DNA from: Dehalococcoidia bacterium
Lineage (GTDB): Bacteria > Chloroflexota > Dehalococcoidia > Lucifugimonadales > Australimonadaceae
Assembly (NCBI GenBank): GCA_965220655.1
Contig: CBDCQO010000012.1
Coordinates: 368,268 to 432,267, forward strand
DNA: 64,000 nucleotides
Direction of reading: 5' to 3'
Shown in pieces: positions 9,289 through 18,724 of this stretch. Each line of letters starts with the position of its first letter. The first letter of the stretch is position 1. A program made the translations under genes and the position numbers. The notes under the pieces were generated by a model. It saw nothing but the letters and a program-made list of their open reading frames with translations. It was not told where the DNA came from and did no database searches.

Positions 9289-10221
9289 TTGAACGTACTG
9301 GTAACAGGCGGGGCCGGCTTCATCGGGTCTCACATCGTGGACAGGCTCATCGCGGACGGGCATAGCGTCGTCGCCGTGGACATCCTGGCCACCGGCAAAC
9401 GCGCGAACGTCAACCCTCAGGCAGCGCTCTACGAGATCGACATCCGCAGTCCGGCGCTCGCGGCTGCGTTCGAGGCCACGCGGCCGGAGGTCGTCTTCCA
9501 CGTCGCGGCCCACGCCAGCGTCAGTGAGTCCGTTCGCGATCCGATGCACGACGCCGAAGTGAATGTGCTCGGCACGTTGAATGTCCTCCAGCAGTGCACC
9601 GCTTATGGGGTGGGGCGCTTCGTGTTCAGTTCGACGGGCGGCGCGCTCTACGGCGAACCGGAGCGGCTGCCCGCCGATGAGGAGCATCCCGTGCGTCCGC
9701 TCTCGCCGTACGGCGCGTCCAAGGATGCGGCCGAGGCGTACGTGCGGACGCTCTGCTCGCTCTCCGGTATCCGTTACACGATCCTGCGCTACGGCAACGT
9801 CTACGGCCCTCGACAGGACCCGTTCGGCGAGGCGGGGGTCGTCGCCATCTTCGCCAACGCCATGATGCGCGGGCAGCCCCCCGTCATCTTCGGCGACGGC
9901 TCGCATGAGCGGGACTACGTGTACGTGGACGACGTGGTGCACGCAAACGTGCTCGCGCTCGTGCAGACCGAGGATGGCGTATACAACATCGGAACGGGAG
10001 AGGGGACGACGGTCGCGCAGGTGTTCGACGCTCTCGCCGGGGCCACCGACTACGGTGGCAGCCCGGAACACGTAGCGGAGCGGTCGGGCGACGTGCATCG
10101 CATCTATCTGGACGTCCGCCGCGCCGAGCGAGGGCTCGGCTGGCGCGCCACTGTGCCGCTCGGCGAGGGCATCCGTCGGACCGTGGATGCGATGCGTGAG
10201 GCGGAGGCCGGTGAAGAGTGA
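9289..10221 (+). CDS. NAD-dependent epimerase/dehydratase (GalE-like extended SDR)
   Basis: VTGGAGFIGSH Rossmann motif and YGASK catalytic motif. TTG start 4 nt after the upstream stop. Confidence 0.85.
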   Translation: MNVLVTGGAGFIGSHIVDRLIADGHSVVAVDILATGKRANVNPQAALYEIDIRSPALAAAFEATRPEVVFHVAAHASVSESVRDPMHDAEVNVLGTLNVLQQCTAYGVGRFVFSSTGGALYGEPERLPADEEHPVRPLSPYGASKDAAEAYVRTLCSLSGIRYTILRYGNVYGPRQDPFGEAGVVAIFANAMMRGQPPVIFGDGSHERDYVYVDDVVHANVLALVQTEDGVYNIGTGEGTTVAQVFDALAGATDYGGSPEHVAERSGDVHRIYLDVRRAERGLGWRATVPLGEGIRRTVDAMREAEAGEE

Positions 10222-10303
10222 CGTTCGGGCTGTGACGCGTCGCGTTGACAGCGGCGCCGTCGGCCCGACTATGATGGCGCTAGTCCCACGGAGGAGTTGA
10301 TTC

Positions 10304-10429
10304 GTGAAAGACCTGATCTGGCCGTTCAGCAACGCTGAAGACATCGGTTACATCCTCTGGCCCGTAGCCGCCGGGGGCGTCATCGGCTTCGGCGCGCTGC
10401 TCATCATCCTCAGCTTCGTCTGGCCGTAG
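10304..10429 (+). CDS. Candidate 41-aa single-TM micropeptide
   Basis: GTG start 7 nt after a GGAGGAG SD. Sequence VKDLIWPFSNAEDIGYILWPVAAGGVIGFGALLIILSFVWP. Third codon positions are almost all G/C. Ends 7 nt before the next gene. Below the ORF-track size cut-off. Confidence 0.45.
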   Translation: MKDLIWPFSNAEDIGYILWPVAAGGVIGFGALLIILSFVWP

Positions 10430-10436
10430 GCGCTCC

Positions 10437-11288
10437 ATGGGCGAGGCGCAGTTCGCCACGGTCAACGGCGTACGCACGGCGTACGAAACGTCCGGGAGCG
10501 GCTTTCCACTACTGCTTCTCCACGGCTTCCCGCGCACGCGCCGCACCTGGGAGCAGATAACGCCTGCGCTGTCGGAGCGGTTCACCGTCGTTGCGCCGGA
10601 CCGCCGGGGCTACGGCGATTCCGAACGCATCGCCGACCCTGCCGCCTACGGACTCGCGGCGATGGCGGAGGACGCGGTGGCGGTGATGGACCACCTCGGG
10701 CACGAACGTTTCGTCGTCGTGGGGCATGACAAGGGCGCGCCCACCGCAAGGCGCGTCGCTGCCGACCTGCCGGAGCGTGTCGCCGGCATGGTGCAGATCG
10801 ACTCGGGGCCGCAGGGCGTCGGCGCGGAGCGCCGCGATCCGAGCGGGCGGCAGTGGTACTTCGATTTCTTCCGCCAGCGCAACGTGGCGGAACCGATCGT
10901 GAACGCGATACCGGAGCTGTTCTTCGGCCTCTTCCTCGATCGTAACCCGCACCTTTCAGCGGAGGAGCGCGCCTTCTACGTGGAGATGTTCTCCCGACCC
11001 GGCACCGCGGACGCCGTTATCTGGGACTACCGCCTTGCGCTGGAAGAGGACCCGGACTACTGGCGGGCCGAAGTGGCCGCCGGGCGGAAGATCACCGTAC
11101 CGGTGTTGTCTATCTGGGGCGGGTCCGGGCCGTCGGCGAACGCTGACGTGCTCGGCGCGTGGCGCGAGGTTGCCGACGACGTTCGCGGCTGGCCGATCGA
11201 AGGCAGCGCGCACTACGTGCAGGAGCAACAGCCGGAGGCGACGGTCGCCGCCATCCTCGGCTTCGCCGACGAGTTGGGGCTGCCTTAG
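10437..11288 (+). CDS. Alpha/beta hydrolase (epoxide hydrolase / haloacetate dehalogenase-like)
   Basis: LLLLHGFPRTRRTWEQI..APDRRGYGDS and a VVGHDKGA nucleophile elbow with Asp nucleophile, as in the epoxide-hydrolase/dehalogenase clade. Confidence 0.8.
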   Translation: MGEAQFATVNGVRTAYETSGSGFPLLLLHGFPRTRRTWEQITPALSERFTVVAPDRRGYGDSERIADPAAYGLAAMAEDAVAVMDHLGHERFVVVGHDKGAPTARRVAADLPERVAGMVQIDSGPQGVGAERRDPSGRQWYFDFFRQRNVAEPIVNAIPELFFGLFLDRNPHLSAEERAFYVEMFSRPGTADAVIWDYRLALEEDPDYWRAEVAAGRKITVPVLSIWGGSGPSANADVLGAWREVADDVRGWPIEGSAHYVQEQQPEATVAAILGFADELGLP

Positions 11289-11305
11289 GCGCGGAGAGCC
11301 CGTGC

Positions 11306-12502
11306 CTAGCGGGCTACCGCGGCTTCCTGAACCTGCCGGGCTTCGTCCGCCTTCGCGAAATCCGCCTCGCTGAAGTTGTAGAGCGTTGCGCCGCCGTAGA
11401 GGATGGCCGCTGCCGTCTCGCGCGACACACCCTGAACGAGGTTGTTCGACACGTTCGGGAAGTTGGAGTCGAAGTGCGGGTAATCGGTCGAGATGCACAT
11501 GCGGTCTGCGCCGATGAGCGAGGCGGTGGCCTCGATCTCAGGCTCGCTGCCCTCGACGGCCGCCCAGCAGTTGCGGCGGAAGTACTCCTTCGGCGTCAGC
11601 GAGAGGTAAGGCGCGTGAGTATCCAGGTACTGCGGGTAGTCCCACTCGATGCGGCTCAGAAGCCCCGGCGCCCACGAGTTCTGCGCCTCCAGGAAGCCGA
11701 CGCGCAGGTTGGGGTGGAACTCAAAGACACCGCCGATAATCATCGCTACCAGGGCCTGCTGCATCTCTATCCAGTGGCTCGCGACATGCCGGTAGAAGCG
11801 GTTCTCACCGTAGAGCGTGTTCATGTTGGAGTACCACGCGCCAGTGCCCTCGTGGAAGCCCCACGTCACGTCGAGCTCCTCGTGCAGGCTGTAGAGCGGC
11901 TCCCAGTAGTTGGAGTGCCAGAAGCGCCCGTTGACGAGGTTGGGCCGCATGAAGGAGCCGACCGCGCCGAGCTCGGTCACGCAGCGGCGCAGCTCCCGGC
12001 AGGCGAGCGTTACGTCGTGGAATGGCAGCATCGCCGCGAACTTCAGCCGGTCAGGGCTGTACTGGCAGAAGTCGTAGATCCAGTTGTTGTATGCCTGGCA
12101 GAGTGCGTTGGAGAGGAGCGGGTCCATGCCGTTCCGCGCGATGAGGCCCAGTCCCATGGTGGGGAAGAGGACGGCGATGTCAACGCCCTCCATCTCCATC
12201 CCCATCACCTGGGCGACCGGGTCGTAGTTGCGCTCGATGGCGAAGCCCAGATACGGAGCGGAGCGCGAACCGGACAGTGGCTGACGTTGATTGGAAGAGA
12301 CGTTCTTGCTGCGCTTCCGGTACTGCTGCAGGTCGTCGTCCCCGGAGCGGGAGAAGCCGTCTATCACCACCGAGGCACCGCCCGCGCGCCCGGGAGCGCT
12401 GATGACGCGGTCCTTGAACTTCGGGTCCAGGTACCGGTCGAAGATGTCCGCCGGTTCCATCACGTGCATGTCGCAGTCAACGAACCGCATGCCGTCCTTC
12501 AT
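11306..12502 (-). CDS. Amidohydrolase_2 family protein
   Basis: 398 aa. FVDCDMHVMEP N-terminal metal motif, ..GFHEG.. and ..STDYPHFD C-terminal motif. Confidence 0.8.
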   Translation of the reverse strand: MKDGMRFVDCDMHVMEPADIFDRYLDPKFKDRVISAPGRAGGASVVIDGFSRSGDDDLQQYRKRSKNVSSNQRQPLSGSRSAPYLGFAIERNYDPVAQVMGMEMEGVDIAVLFPTMGLGLIARNGMDPLLSNALCQAYNNWIYDFCQYSPDRLKFAAMLPFHDVTLACRELRRCVTELGAVGSFMRPNLVNGRFWHSNYWEPLYSLHEELDVTWGFHEGTGAWYSNMNTLYGENRFYRHVASHWIEMQQALVAMIIGGVFEFHPNLRVGFLEAQNSWAPGLLSRIEWDYPQYLDTHAPYLSLTPKEYFRRNCWAAVEGSEPEIEATASLIGADRMCISTDYPHFDSNFPNVSNNLVQGVSRETAAAILYGGATLYNFSEADFAKADEARQVQEAAVAR

Positions 12503-12577
12503 GGTGTTCTACCCTCCGTACTTCGTGACCTCGAGTCCCAAGTATAGCGTCTGCTGCAAGAGAGGGCGGGTAGTGGC

Positions 12578-13390
12578 CTACAGTGCCGCCCGCACCTTCG
12601 CGATGAACTCGCGCACGTGCGGAATCATCGTGTCTGCTACCTGGAACGCTTGTGCGTGCGTATGGTCAGGCAGCGAGAGGAACGACGCCTTGGGGGCGAG
12701 CGACGCGCACCGCTTGGCCGGTTCATGGTTGCGTATGTCCTTCGTACCCGCGTACACGAACGTGGGCAGCGTCATGTTGATGATGTCCTCGTCCGGCGCA
12801 CCCCAGTCCAGATTCGCGAGTTGCTGTGCAGCGTAAGCATCTTTGTCGTTTGCCAGCAGGCGTTCGCGCTGCTGCTCGGAGAGCGGCCCTGCGTCCATCT
12901 CCATCGCGGTGACGTACACGTCCATGCGCAGGCGCATGATCTTCGCGCGGGCCTGCCAGCGGGCGCGGTCGAACTCAGGGACGGGCAAGGGGATGACCGG
13001 ATAGGAACCGAGTACGAGGGCATGGAAGCGTTCGGGTGCAAGCATGCCAAGCGCCCAGCCGATGCTCGCGCCCATGGAGTAGCCCCAGTAGAAAGTCTTC
13101 TCGATGCCGAGGTCGTCCAGCACGGCGGTAACGTCGGAGACCTTCTGTGCGCGCCCATAGTCGGTGGGGTCGGTGAGCTTGTCGCTCTGGCCGAAGCCGC
13201 GGGAGTCGATGAGGATGAGCCGGAACTCACCGGAGAGCGCTGCGGTATAGCCTGCGTTGTGCCAGTTCTTCGTGCTGCCGCCCATGCCGTGCATGAGCAC
13301 AAGCGGGGGCGCGTCAGCCGGCGCATCGTCGTTCACCTCGTAGTGAATGCGGACGCCGTCGTTGTCGATGAAGCGGTCTTCGAACGACAT
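12578..13390 (-). CDS. Alpha/beta hydrolase, tandem array copy 1
   Basis: Start set at MSFEDRF by alignment to the other copies; the track ORF is longer. HGMGGS oxyanion motif, GYSMGAS nucleophile elbow, DHTH near the C-terminus. Confidence 0.8.
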   Translation of the reverse strand: MSFEDRFIDNDGVRIHYEVNDDAPADAPPLVLMHGMGGSTKNWHNAGYTAALSGEFRLILIDSRGFGQSDKLTDPTDYGRAQKVSDVTAVLDDLGIEKTFYWGYSMGASIGWALGMLAPERFHALVLGSYPVIPLPVPEFDRARWQARAKIMRLRMDVYVTAMEMDAGPLSEQQRERLLANDKDAYAAQQLANLDWGAPDEDIINMTLPTFVYAGTKDIRNHEPAKRCASLAPKASFLSLPDHTHAQAFQVADTMIPHVREFIAKVRAAL

Positions 13391-13430
13391 GCTGCTGCTC
13401 CCTGGTTCCGGGTTGTCCCTACGGTGCGTT

Positions 13431-14231
13431 CTAGACGCTCGCGATGAACTCGCGCACATGCGGAATCATAGTGTCCGCCGCCAGGAACGCTTCCATGTGC
13501 GTGTGGTCAGGCAACGAGAGGAACGACGCGTTGGGGGCGAGCGACGCGCACCGTTTGGCCGGTTCGTGGTTGCGCCTGTCCTTCGTGCCTGCGTAGACGA
13601 ACGTGGGGAGTGTCATCTTCACGATGTCCTCGTCCGGCACGCCCCAGTCGAGGTTCGCGAGTTGCTGCGCGGCGTAGGCGTCCTTGTCGTTCGCCAGCAG
13701 GCGTTCGCGGTCATAGTCGGGGAGCGGTCCGGCGTCCATCTCCATCGCGGCGACGTAGACGTCCATGCCGAGCCTCATGATCTTCGCGCGGGCCTCCCAC
13801 CTGGCGCGGTCGAACTCAGGGACGGGCAGGGGGATGACGGGGTAGGAGCCGAGCACGAGGGCGTGGAAGCGGTGCGGCGCGAGCATGCCGAGCGCCCAGC
13901 CGATGCTCGCACCCATCGAGTAACCCCAGTAGAACGTCTTCTCGATGCCGAGGTCGTCCAGCACGGTGGCAACGTCGGACACCTTCTGTGCGCGCCCATA
14001 GTCGGTGGGGTCGGTGAGCTTGTCGCTCTGGCCGAAGCCGCGGGAGTCGATGAGGATGAGCCGGAAATCGGCGGAGAGGGCAGACGTGTAGCCTGCGCTG
14101 TGCCAGTCCTTCGTGCTCATGCCCATGCCGTGCATGAGCACGAGCGGGGGCGCGTCAGCCGGCGCGTCGCCGTTCACCTCGTAGTGGATGCGGACGCCGT
14201 TGTTGTCGATGAACCGGTCTTCGAATGCCAT
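13431..14231 (-). CDS. Alpha/beta hydrolase, tandem array copy 2
   Basis: 266 aa. About 29 differences over about 266 aligned residues versus copy 1 (hand count). Confidence 0.85.
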   Translation of the reverse strand: MAFEDRFIDNNGVRIHYEVNGDAPADAPPLVLMHGMGMSTKDWHSAGYTSALSADFRLILIDSRGFGQSDKLTDPTDYGRAQKVSDVATVLDDLGIEKTFYWGYSMGASIGWALGMLAPHRFHALVLGSYPVIPLPVPEFDRARWEARAKIMRLGMDVYVAAMEMDAGPLPDYDRERLLANDKDAYAAQQLANLDWGVPDEDIVKMTLPTFVYAGTKDRRNHEPAKRCASLAPNASFLSLPDHTHMEAFLAADTMIPHVREFIASV

Positions 14232-14257
14232 GGTCTACGCTCCCTGTCCCCGGTCTC

Positions 14258-15079
14258 CTAGCGTGTGTCCTCCACCATAGCGACGAACTCCCGCACGTGC
14301 GGGATCATCAGGTCCGCCGCCAGGAACGCGGACATGTGCGTGTGCCCGTCCAGCGGCAGGAACCGGGCATTGGGCGCAAGCGAGGCTGAGCGCTTGGTAA
14401 GCGCGTGGTTGCGGGGCATGGGGTAGTCGTCGTCGGTGCCGGAGTAGACCAGGGCGGGCAGCGTCATGTTGACGATGTCCTCGTCTGGCGCGCCCCATTC
14501 CAGATTGGCTATCTGCTGGGCGGCGTAAGCGTCCTTGTCGTTCGACAAGAGCCTGGCCCGGCTCTCCTCCGGCAAGGGGCCCTGGTCCATCTCCATCGCG
14601 GCGACGTAGACGTCCATTCCGAGGCGCATGAGCTTCGCACGGGCCTCCCAGCGCACGCGGTCGATCTCCGGTACGTCCGGCGAGAGCACGGGGTACGCAC
14701 CGAGGACGAGGCCGTGGAAGCGTTCAGGCGCGAGCATCCCTACCGCCCAGCCGATGCTGGCGCCCATGGAGAAGCCCCAGTAGTAGGCCTTGTGCGCGCC
14801 GATGTCGTCCAGCACTGCGGTCACATCCGAGACCTTCTGAGCGCGACCGTAGTCCGCCGGGTCCTTCAGTTTGTCACTCTGTCCGAACCCACGCGAGTCG
14901 ATGAGCACGACCTTGAACTCGTTGCAGAGCTTCTCCGGGTAGCCGGCGTTCCGCCAGTCCTTCGTGCTCATGCCCATGCCGTGCACGAAGACGATGACGG
15001 GCGACTCTACGGGGCCGTCCTCTACCTCGTAGTGGATGCGGACGCCGTTGTTGTCGACGAAACAGTCCTGGTATGGCAT
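14258..15079 (-). CDS. Alpha/beta hydrolase, tandem array copy 3
   Basis: 273 aa. MPYQDCFVDNNGVRIHYEV.., GFSMGAS elbow. Confidence 0.85.
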   Translation of the reverse strand: MPYQDCFVDNNGVRIHYEVEDGPVESPVIVFVHGMGMSTKDWRNAGYPEKLCNEFKVVLIDSRGFGQSDKLKDPADYGRAQKVSDVTAVLDDIGAHKAYYWGFSMGASIGWAVGMLAPERFHGLVLGAYPVLSPDVPEIDRVRWEARAKLMRLGMDVYVAAMEMDQGPLPEESRARLLSNDKDAYAAQQIANLEWGAPDEDIVNMTLPALVYSGTDDDYPMPRNHALTKRSASLAPNARFLPLDGHTHMSAFLAADLMIPHVREFVAMVEDTR

Positions 15080-15103
15080 CTGTTGCTCCTTGTCTCCAGT
15101 GTG

Positions 15104-15925
15104 CTAGCGGGAGTCTTCGACCATCGCAATGAACTCCCGTACATGCGGGATCACCACGTCCGCCGAGGCCATCGCGGACGCGTGTGTGTGTCCCTCGAGT
15201 GGCAGGAACTTCGCGTTGGGGGCGAGCGACGCCGAGTGCTTGGTGAGCGCATGGTTGCGGGGCATCGGGTACTCGTCCTCGGTGCCGGAGTAGACGAGCG
15301 CGGGCAGGGTCATGTTGCGGATGTCCTCGTCCGGCGCGCCCCAGTAGAGGTTCGCTATCTGTTGAGCGGCGTAGGCGTCCTTGTCGTTCGCCAGCAGCCG
15401 GGCCTTGTTCTCCTCTGCAAGGGGGCCCTGGTCCATCTCCATCGCGGCGATGTAGACGTCCATGCCGAGCCGCATCAGTTTGGCGCGGGCCTCCCAGCGC
15501 ACGCGGTCGATCTCCGGCACTTCCGGTGAGAGCACGGGATACGCGCCAAGGATGAGGCCGTGGAAATGTTCGGGCGCCAGCATGCCGACCGCCCAGCCGA
15601 TGCTCGCGCCCATGGAGTAGCCCCAGTAGTACGCTTTCTCGACGCCGAGGTCGTCCAGGACGGCGACCACGTCGGATACCTTCTGCGGGCGTCCATAGTC
15701 GGCGGGGTCTTTCAGTTTGTCGCTCTGCCCGAAGCCGCGTGAGTCCATGAGCACGACCCTGTACTCGTCGCGCAGCTTCTCCGGGTAGCCATGCATCCGC
15801 CAGCCCTTCGTGCTGCCGCCCATGCCGTGCACGAAGATGATGACAGGCGACTCGGCAGAACCCTCCTCTACCTCGTAGTGGATGCGGACGCCATTGTTGT
15901 CCACGAACCGGTCTTCATATGGCAT
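15104..15925 (-). CDS. Alpha/beta hydrolase, tandem array copy 4
   Basis: Start set at ATG 15925 (MPYEDRF), giving 273 aa collinear with copy 3. The track ORF extends 300 nt further in an Arg/Ser/Pro-rich stretch that overlaps the SDR gene. Confidence 0.85.
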   Translation of the reverse strand: MPYEDRFVDNNGVRIHYEVEEGSAESPVIIFVHGMGGSTKGWRMHGYPEKLRDEYRVVLMDSRGFGQSDKLKDPADYGRPQKVSDVVAVLDDLGVEKAYYWGYSMGASIGWAVGMLAPEHFHGLILGAYPVLSPEVPEIDRVRWEARAKLMRLGMDVYIAAMEMDQGPLAEENKARLLANDKDAYAAQQIANLYWGAPDEDIRNMTLPALVYSGTEDEYPMPRNHALTKHSASLAPNAKFLPLEGHTHASAMASADVVIPHVREFIAMVEDSR

Positions 15926-15950
15926 GGCTTGCTCCTTTACGTGTGCCGGC

Positions 15951-16742
15951 CTAGCGCCTGCCGCCGTCTGCTTCGATGGCTGTGCCGGTGATGTAGCCCG
16001 CAGCATCGGAGACGAGCCAGAGGACCGTGCCCGCGTGCTCGTCCGGCGTGCCGAGCCTGCCCATGGCACTGCGGTTCGTCGTCGTGGAGCGGACGCTCTC
16101 GTGCCACATCGGGCGGTGGGGAGTCTCGATGCCTCCGAGGGCGATGGCGTTAACGCGGATCTCGGGCGCCCACTCGTAGGCCATAGACTTGGACATGTTG
16201 ATGACGCCCGCCTTGGCAGCGCCATACGCGGCCTGGCCGGTGCCGGGGTTGACGCCTGCGCCGGACGCGATGTTGACGATCGCGCCCCTGCCCTGCGCCT
16301 TCATGATGGGCTGCACCGCCTTGGAGCACATGAACGCGGTGAGCACGTTCACGCGGTAGCACTCGATGAAATCGTGTGGCTCCAGTTCCATGAGCGGCCC
16401 GGAGCGGAACGTCTCGCCCCAACTGCCACCGACGACGTTGACGAGCGCGTCGATGCGTCCGAACTCGGCCATCGTCTGCGAGACGAGGTTGTCCACCTCG
16501 TCCTGGTTGCGGACATCTGCCGTGACACCAAGCGTGCGGCTGCCGATAGCGCGTATCTCGTCCACGACGGGATGCACGGGGGCGTGAGGCCGCTCCCTGC
16601 CGACGGTCACCTGCTCCGGCTCGCGCGCCGCTACGACGACGTTCGCGCCCTGGCGTGCAAGCGCAAGCGAGATGGCCTTGCCGAATCCCTGTGAGCCTCC
16701 CGTGACGATGGCTACACGGTCTGTCAGATCGAAACTGGGCAT
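15951..16742 (-). CDS. Short-chain dehydrogenase/reductase (classical SDR)
   Basis: Start at MPSFDLTDRVAIVTGGSQGFG with an AAGGAG SD upstream. TGxxxGxG and YGAAK motifs. 263 aa. Confidence 0.85.
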   Translation of the reverse strand: MPSFDLTDRVAIVTGGSQGFGKAISLALARQGANVVVAAREPEQVTVGRERPHAPVHPVVDEIRAIGSRTLGVTADVRNQDEVDNLVSQTMAEFGRIDALVNVVGGSWGETFRSGPLMELEPHDFIECYRVNVLTAFMCSKAVQPIMKAQGRGAIVNIASGAGVNPGTGQAAYGAAKAGVINMSKSMAYEWAPEIRVNAIALGGIETPHRPMWHESVRSTTTNRSAMGRLGTPDEHAGTVLWLVSDAAGYITGTAIEADGGRR

Positions 16743-16801
16743 GGCGTCTCCTTCTCTCAGCGCGAGTGGATGATACATCCGCATCGGGTGTGGGGTGGTC
16801 G

Positions 16802-16810
16802 TGGTAGAGT
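16802..16810 (+). promoter_or_regulatory. Extended -10 box (TGgTAGAGT), 7 nt upstream of a start codon
   Basis: TG at 16802-16803 and TAGAGT at 16805-16810. ATG at 16818 has no SD, giving leaderless geometry. Confidence 0.35.
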
Positions 16811-16817
16811 TTACGCG

Positions 16818-17213
16818 ATGAGCGACGCGGACGAAGCGGCGGTTCTCGCCGCCAACAAGGCGTTCTACGATGCTTTCGGTACGCTGGACATCCGCCAGAT
16901 GGAGGAGGTCTGGTCGCGCGACGACGTAGTAACGTGCGTCCACCCCGGATGGACCGCGCTCGATGGCTGGGCCGAGGTCATGGAGAGCTGGGAGCGGATA
17001 TTCGATGGTGCGGCGATGATGACATTCACGATCACCGGCGCGCAGGCAACGGTCGAGGGCGGGGTTGCATGGGTCACGTGCACCGAAAACCTGACATCTG
17101 TGGCCGGAGGGCGAGTGATGGACGCTCACGTCGAGGCGACGAACGTCTTTCGCAGCCGGCATGGGCGGTGGCTGATGGTGCACCACCACGGCTCGCCTGT
17201 CCTCGGCGCCTAG
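16818..17213 (+). CDS. SnoaL-like / NTF2-fold protein (ketosteroid-isomerase-like)
   Basis: 131 aa. AANKAFYDAF..DIRQMEEVWS..VTCVHPGW pattern is typical of the DUF4440/SnoaL fold. Confidence 0.7.
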   Translation: MSDADEAAVLAANKAFYDAFGTLDIRQMEEVWSRDDVVTCVHPGWTALDGWAEVMESWERIFDGAAMMTFTITGAQATVEGGVAWVTCTENLTSVAGGRVMDAHVEATNVFRSRHGRWLMVHHHGSPVLGA

Positions 17214-17302
17214 GCGCCAGACGCGATTGACGGCAGGGCGCGGATGATGCAATCTTCACCCGTTGGCAGGAAGAACGGTCTGGGTACTCAGGGAGGTGAA
17301 CG

Positions 17303-18703
17303 ATGCTGACCGTAGAGCAGAACGATCGGTTGACACTGGTGGGCCCTGGCACTCCCATGGGCGAACTGATGCGGCGTTACTGGCAGCCTATCGCCGGGGT
17401 TTCCGAGTTCAATGAGAACCCCACGAAAGCGATCCGACTTCTGGGCGAAGACCTCGTGCTGTACAAGGACGAAGGCGGCACCTTCGGTCTGATCGACGCC
17501 TCGTGTGCCCATCGCAGGGTCAACATGCTTTGGGGGATCCCCGAACCTAAGGGCCTCCGCTGCTCTTACCACGGTTGGCTGTACGACGAGACTGGCCAGT
17601 GCCTGGAGATGCCGGCCGAGCCTGCGGACTCGACATTCCCCAGTCGCGTGCAGTTGAAGGCGTACCCGGTAGAGACGCTTGGCGGCCTCGTGTTCGCATA
17701 CCTTGGTCCGCAGCCTGCTCCGTTGCTCCCACACTACTACCCGTTCGTGGAAGAGGGGAGAGTGCGAAGCATCGGCTGGACGGTCGTCACCTGCAACTGG
17801 CTGCAGATCATGGAGAACTCGCTGGACCCCATCCACGCCGAGTACCTCCACGGCTACTTCTCCAAGTACGCTCTCCAGCGGGTTGGGCTGTTGAAGCACC
17901 GCGGCGACATCTACGGGAAGCGTCCGCCGGAAGAGAACGAGAACTTCGGTCCGTACTGGCGGAAGGCAGGCCGTACGATGCGGCACATCTCCGCGTCTAC
18001 CAGCAGGTTCGAGCACGGCATCCTCAAGCATCGCTGGTTGGAAGGAGAAGAAAAGGAAGAGTCTATCGGCTGGCGCTACGGGCACCCGATACTCTTCCCT
18101 AACCTCGAGTCCGGCACCGGCGGGCACGACTTTCAGATACGCGTACCGATGGATGACACGCACACCTACTACGTCTACTACCAGTCTCACTGGCCGCGCG
18201 AAGGAGAGAACCCGAACCAGCGGGAGGACGAGATCCCCGTCTACCACGTGCCCATCGCGGGAGTGGACGAGTGGGGGCAGCCCATCTGGGAGCAGTTGGA
18301 TAACAACAGCGGGCAGGACCACTTCGCGTGGACGTCGCAGGGGCCCCGTACGCGCCGCTACCTGGAGAAGCTGGGGCAGTCTGACATCGGCATCATCCTC
18401 TTCCGCCGCATGCTCCTGGAGCAGATGCAGATCATGGAGGACGGCGGCGAGCCGATGAACGTGTTCCGTGACCCCGCGAAGAACGACATCATCTGGATCC
18501 CGTTCGACCGCATGGACGATGAGATTATCGAGGGGAAGACCGCTACTCCGAAGAACCCACACCGTCAGGCTGAGGGAATGTCGACCGGCTCGTCCGGCAA
18601 GTTCAACACGTTGAACCTGGAATACGCCAAGCGTATCGGCGCTACGCTGCCGCCACCGTTCCCGAAGTCGGCCAAAACGGCAGTCGAGGTTTCTCCCGGA
18701 TAG
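17303..18703 (+). CDS. Rieske [2Fe-2S] non-haem-iron oxygenase, catalytic (alpha) subunit, phthalate/KshA-like class
   Basis: Rieske motif CAHRRVNMLWGIPEPKGLRCSYHGW. Mononuclear iron motif NSLDPIHAEYLHG. GGAGG SD. Confidence 0.85.
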   Translation: MLTVEQNDRLTLVGPGTPMGELMRRYWQPIAGVSEFNENPTKAIRLLGEDLVLYKDEGGTFGLIDASCAHRRVNMLWGIPEPKGLRCSYHGWLYDETGQCLEMPAEPADSTFPSRVQLKAYPVETLGGLVFAYLGPQPAPLLPHYYPFVEEGRVRSIGWTVVTCNWLQIMENSLDPIHAEYLHGYFSKYALQRVGLLKHRGDIYGKRPPEENENFGPYWRKAGRTMRHISASTSRFEHGILKHRWLEGEEKEESIGWRYGHPILFPNLESGTGGHDFQIRVPMDDTHTYYVYYQSHWPREGENPNQREDEIPVYHVPIAGVDEWGQPIWEQLDNNSGQDHFAWTSQGPRTRRYLEKLGQSDIGIILFRRMLLEQMQIMEDGGEPMNVFRDPAKNDIIWIPFDRMDDEIIEGKTATPKNPHRQAEGMSTGSSGKFNTLNLEYAKRIGATLPPPFPKSAKTAVEVSPG

Positions 18704-18724
18704 CATGAGATTCGGAGTCGAGGC

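Noticed and set aside
15926-17252. Long N-terminal extensions of ABH copy 4 (to 16225) and of the SDR (to 17252)
   Set aside because: The extensions overlap neighbouring genes on the same or the opposite strand. They are Arg/Pro/Ser-rich and are not shared by the paralogues. Alignment to the paralogues and SD positions fix the shorter starts.
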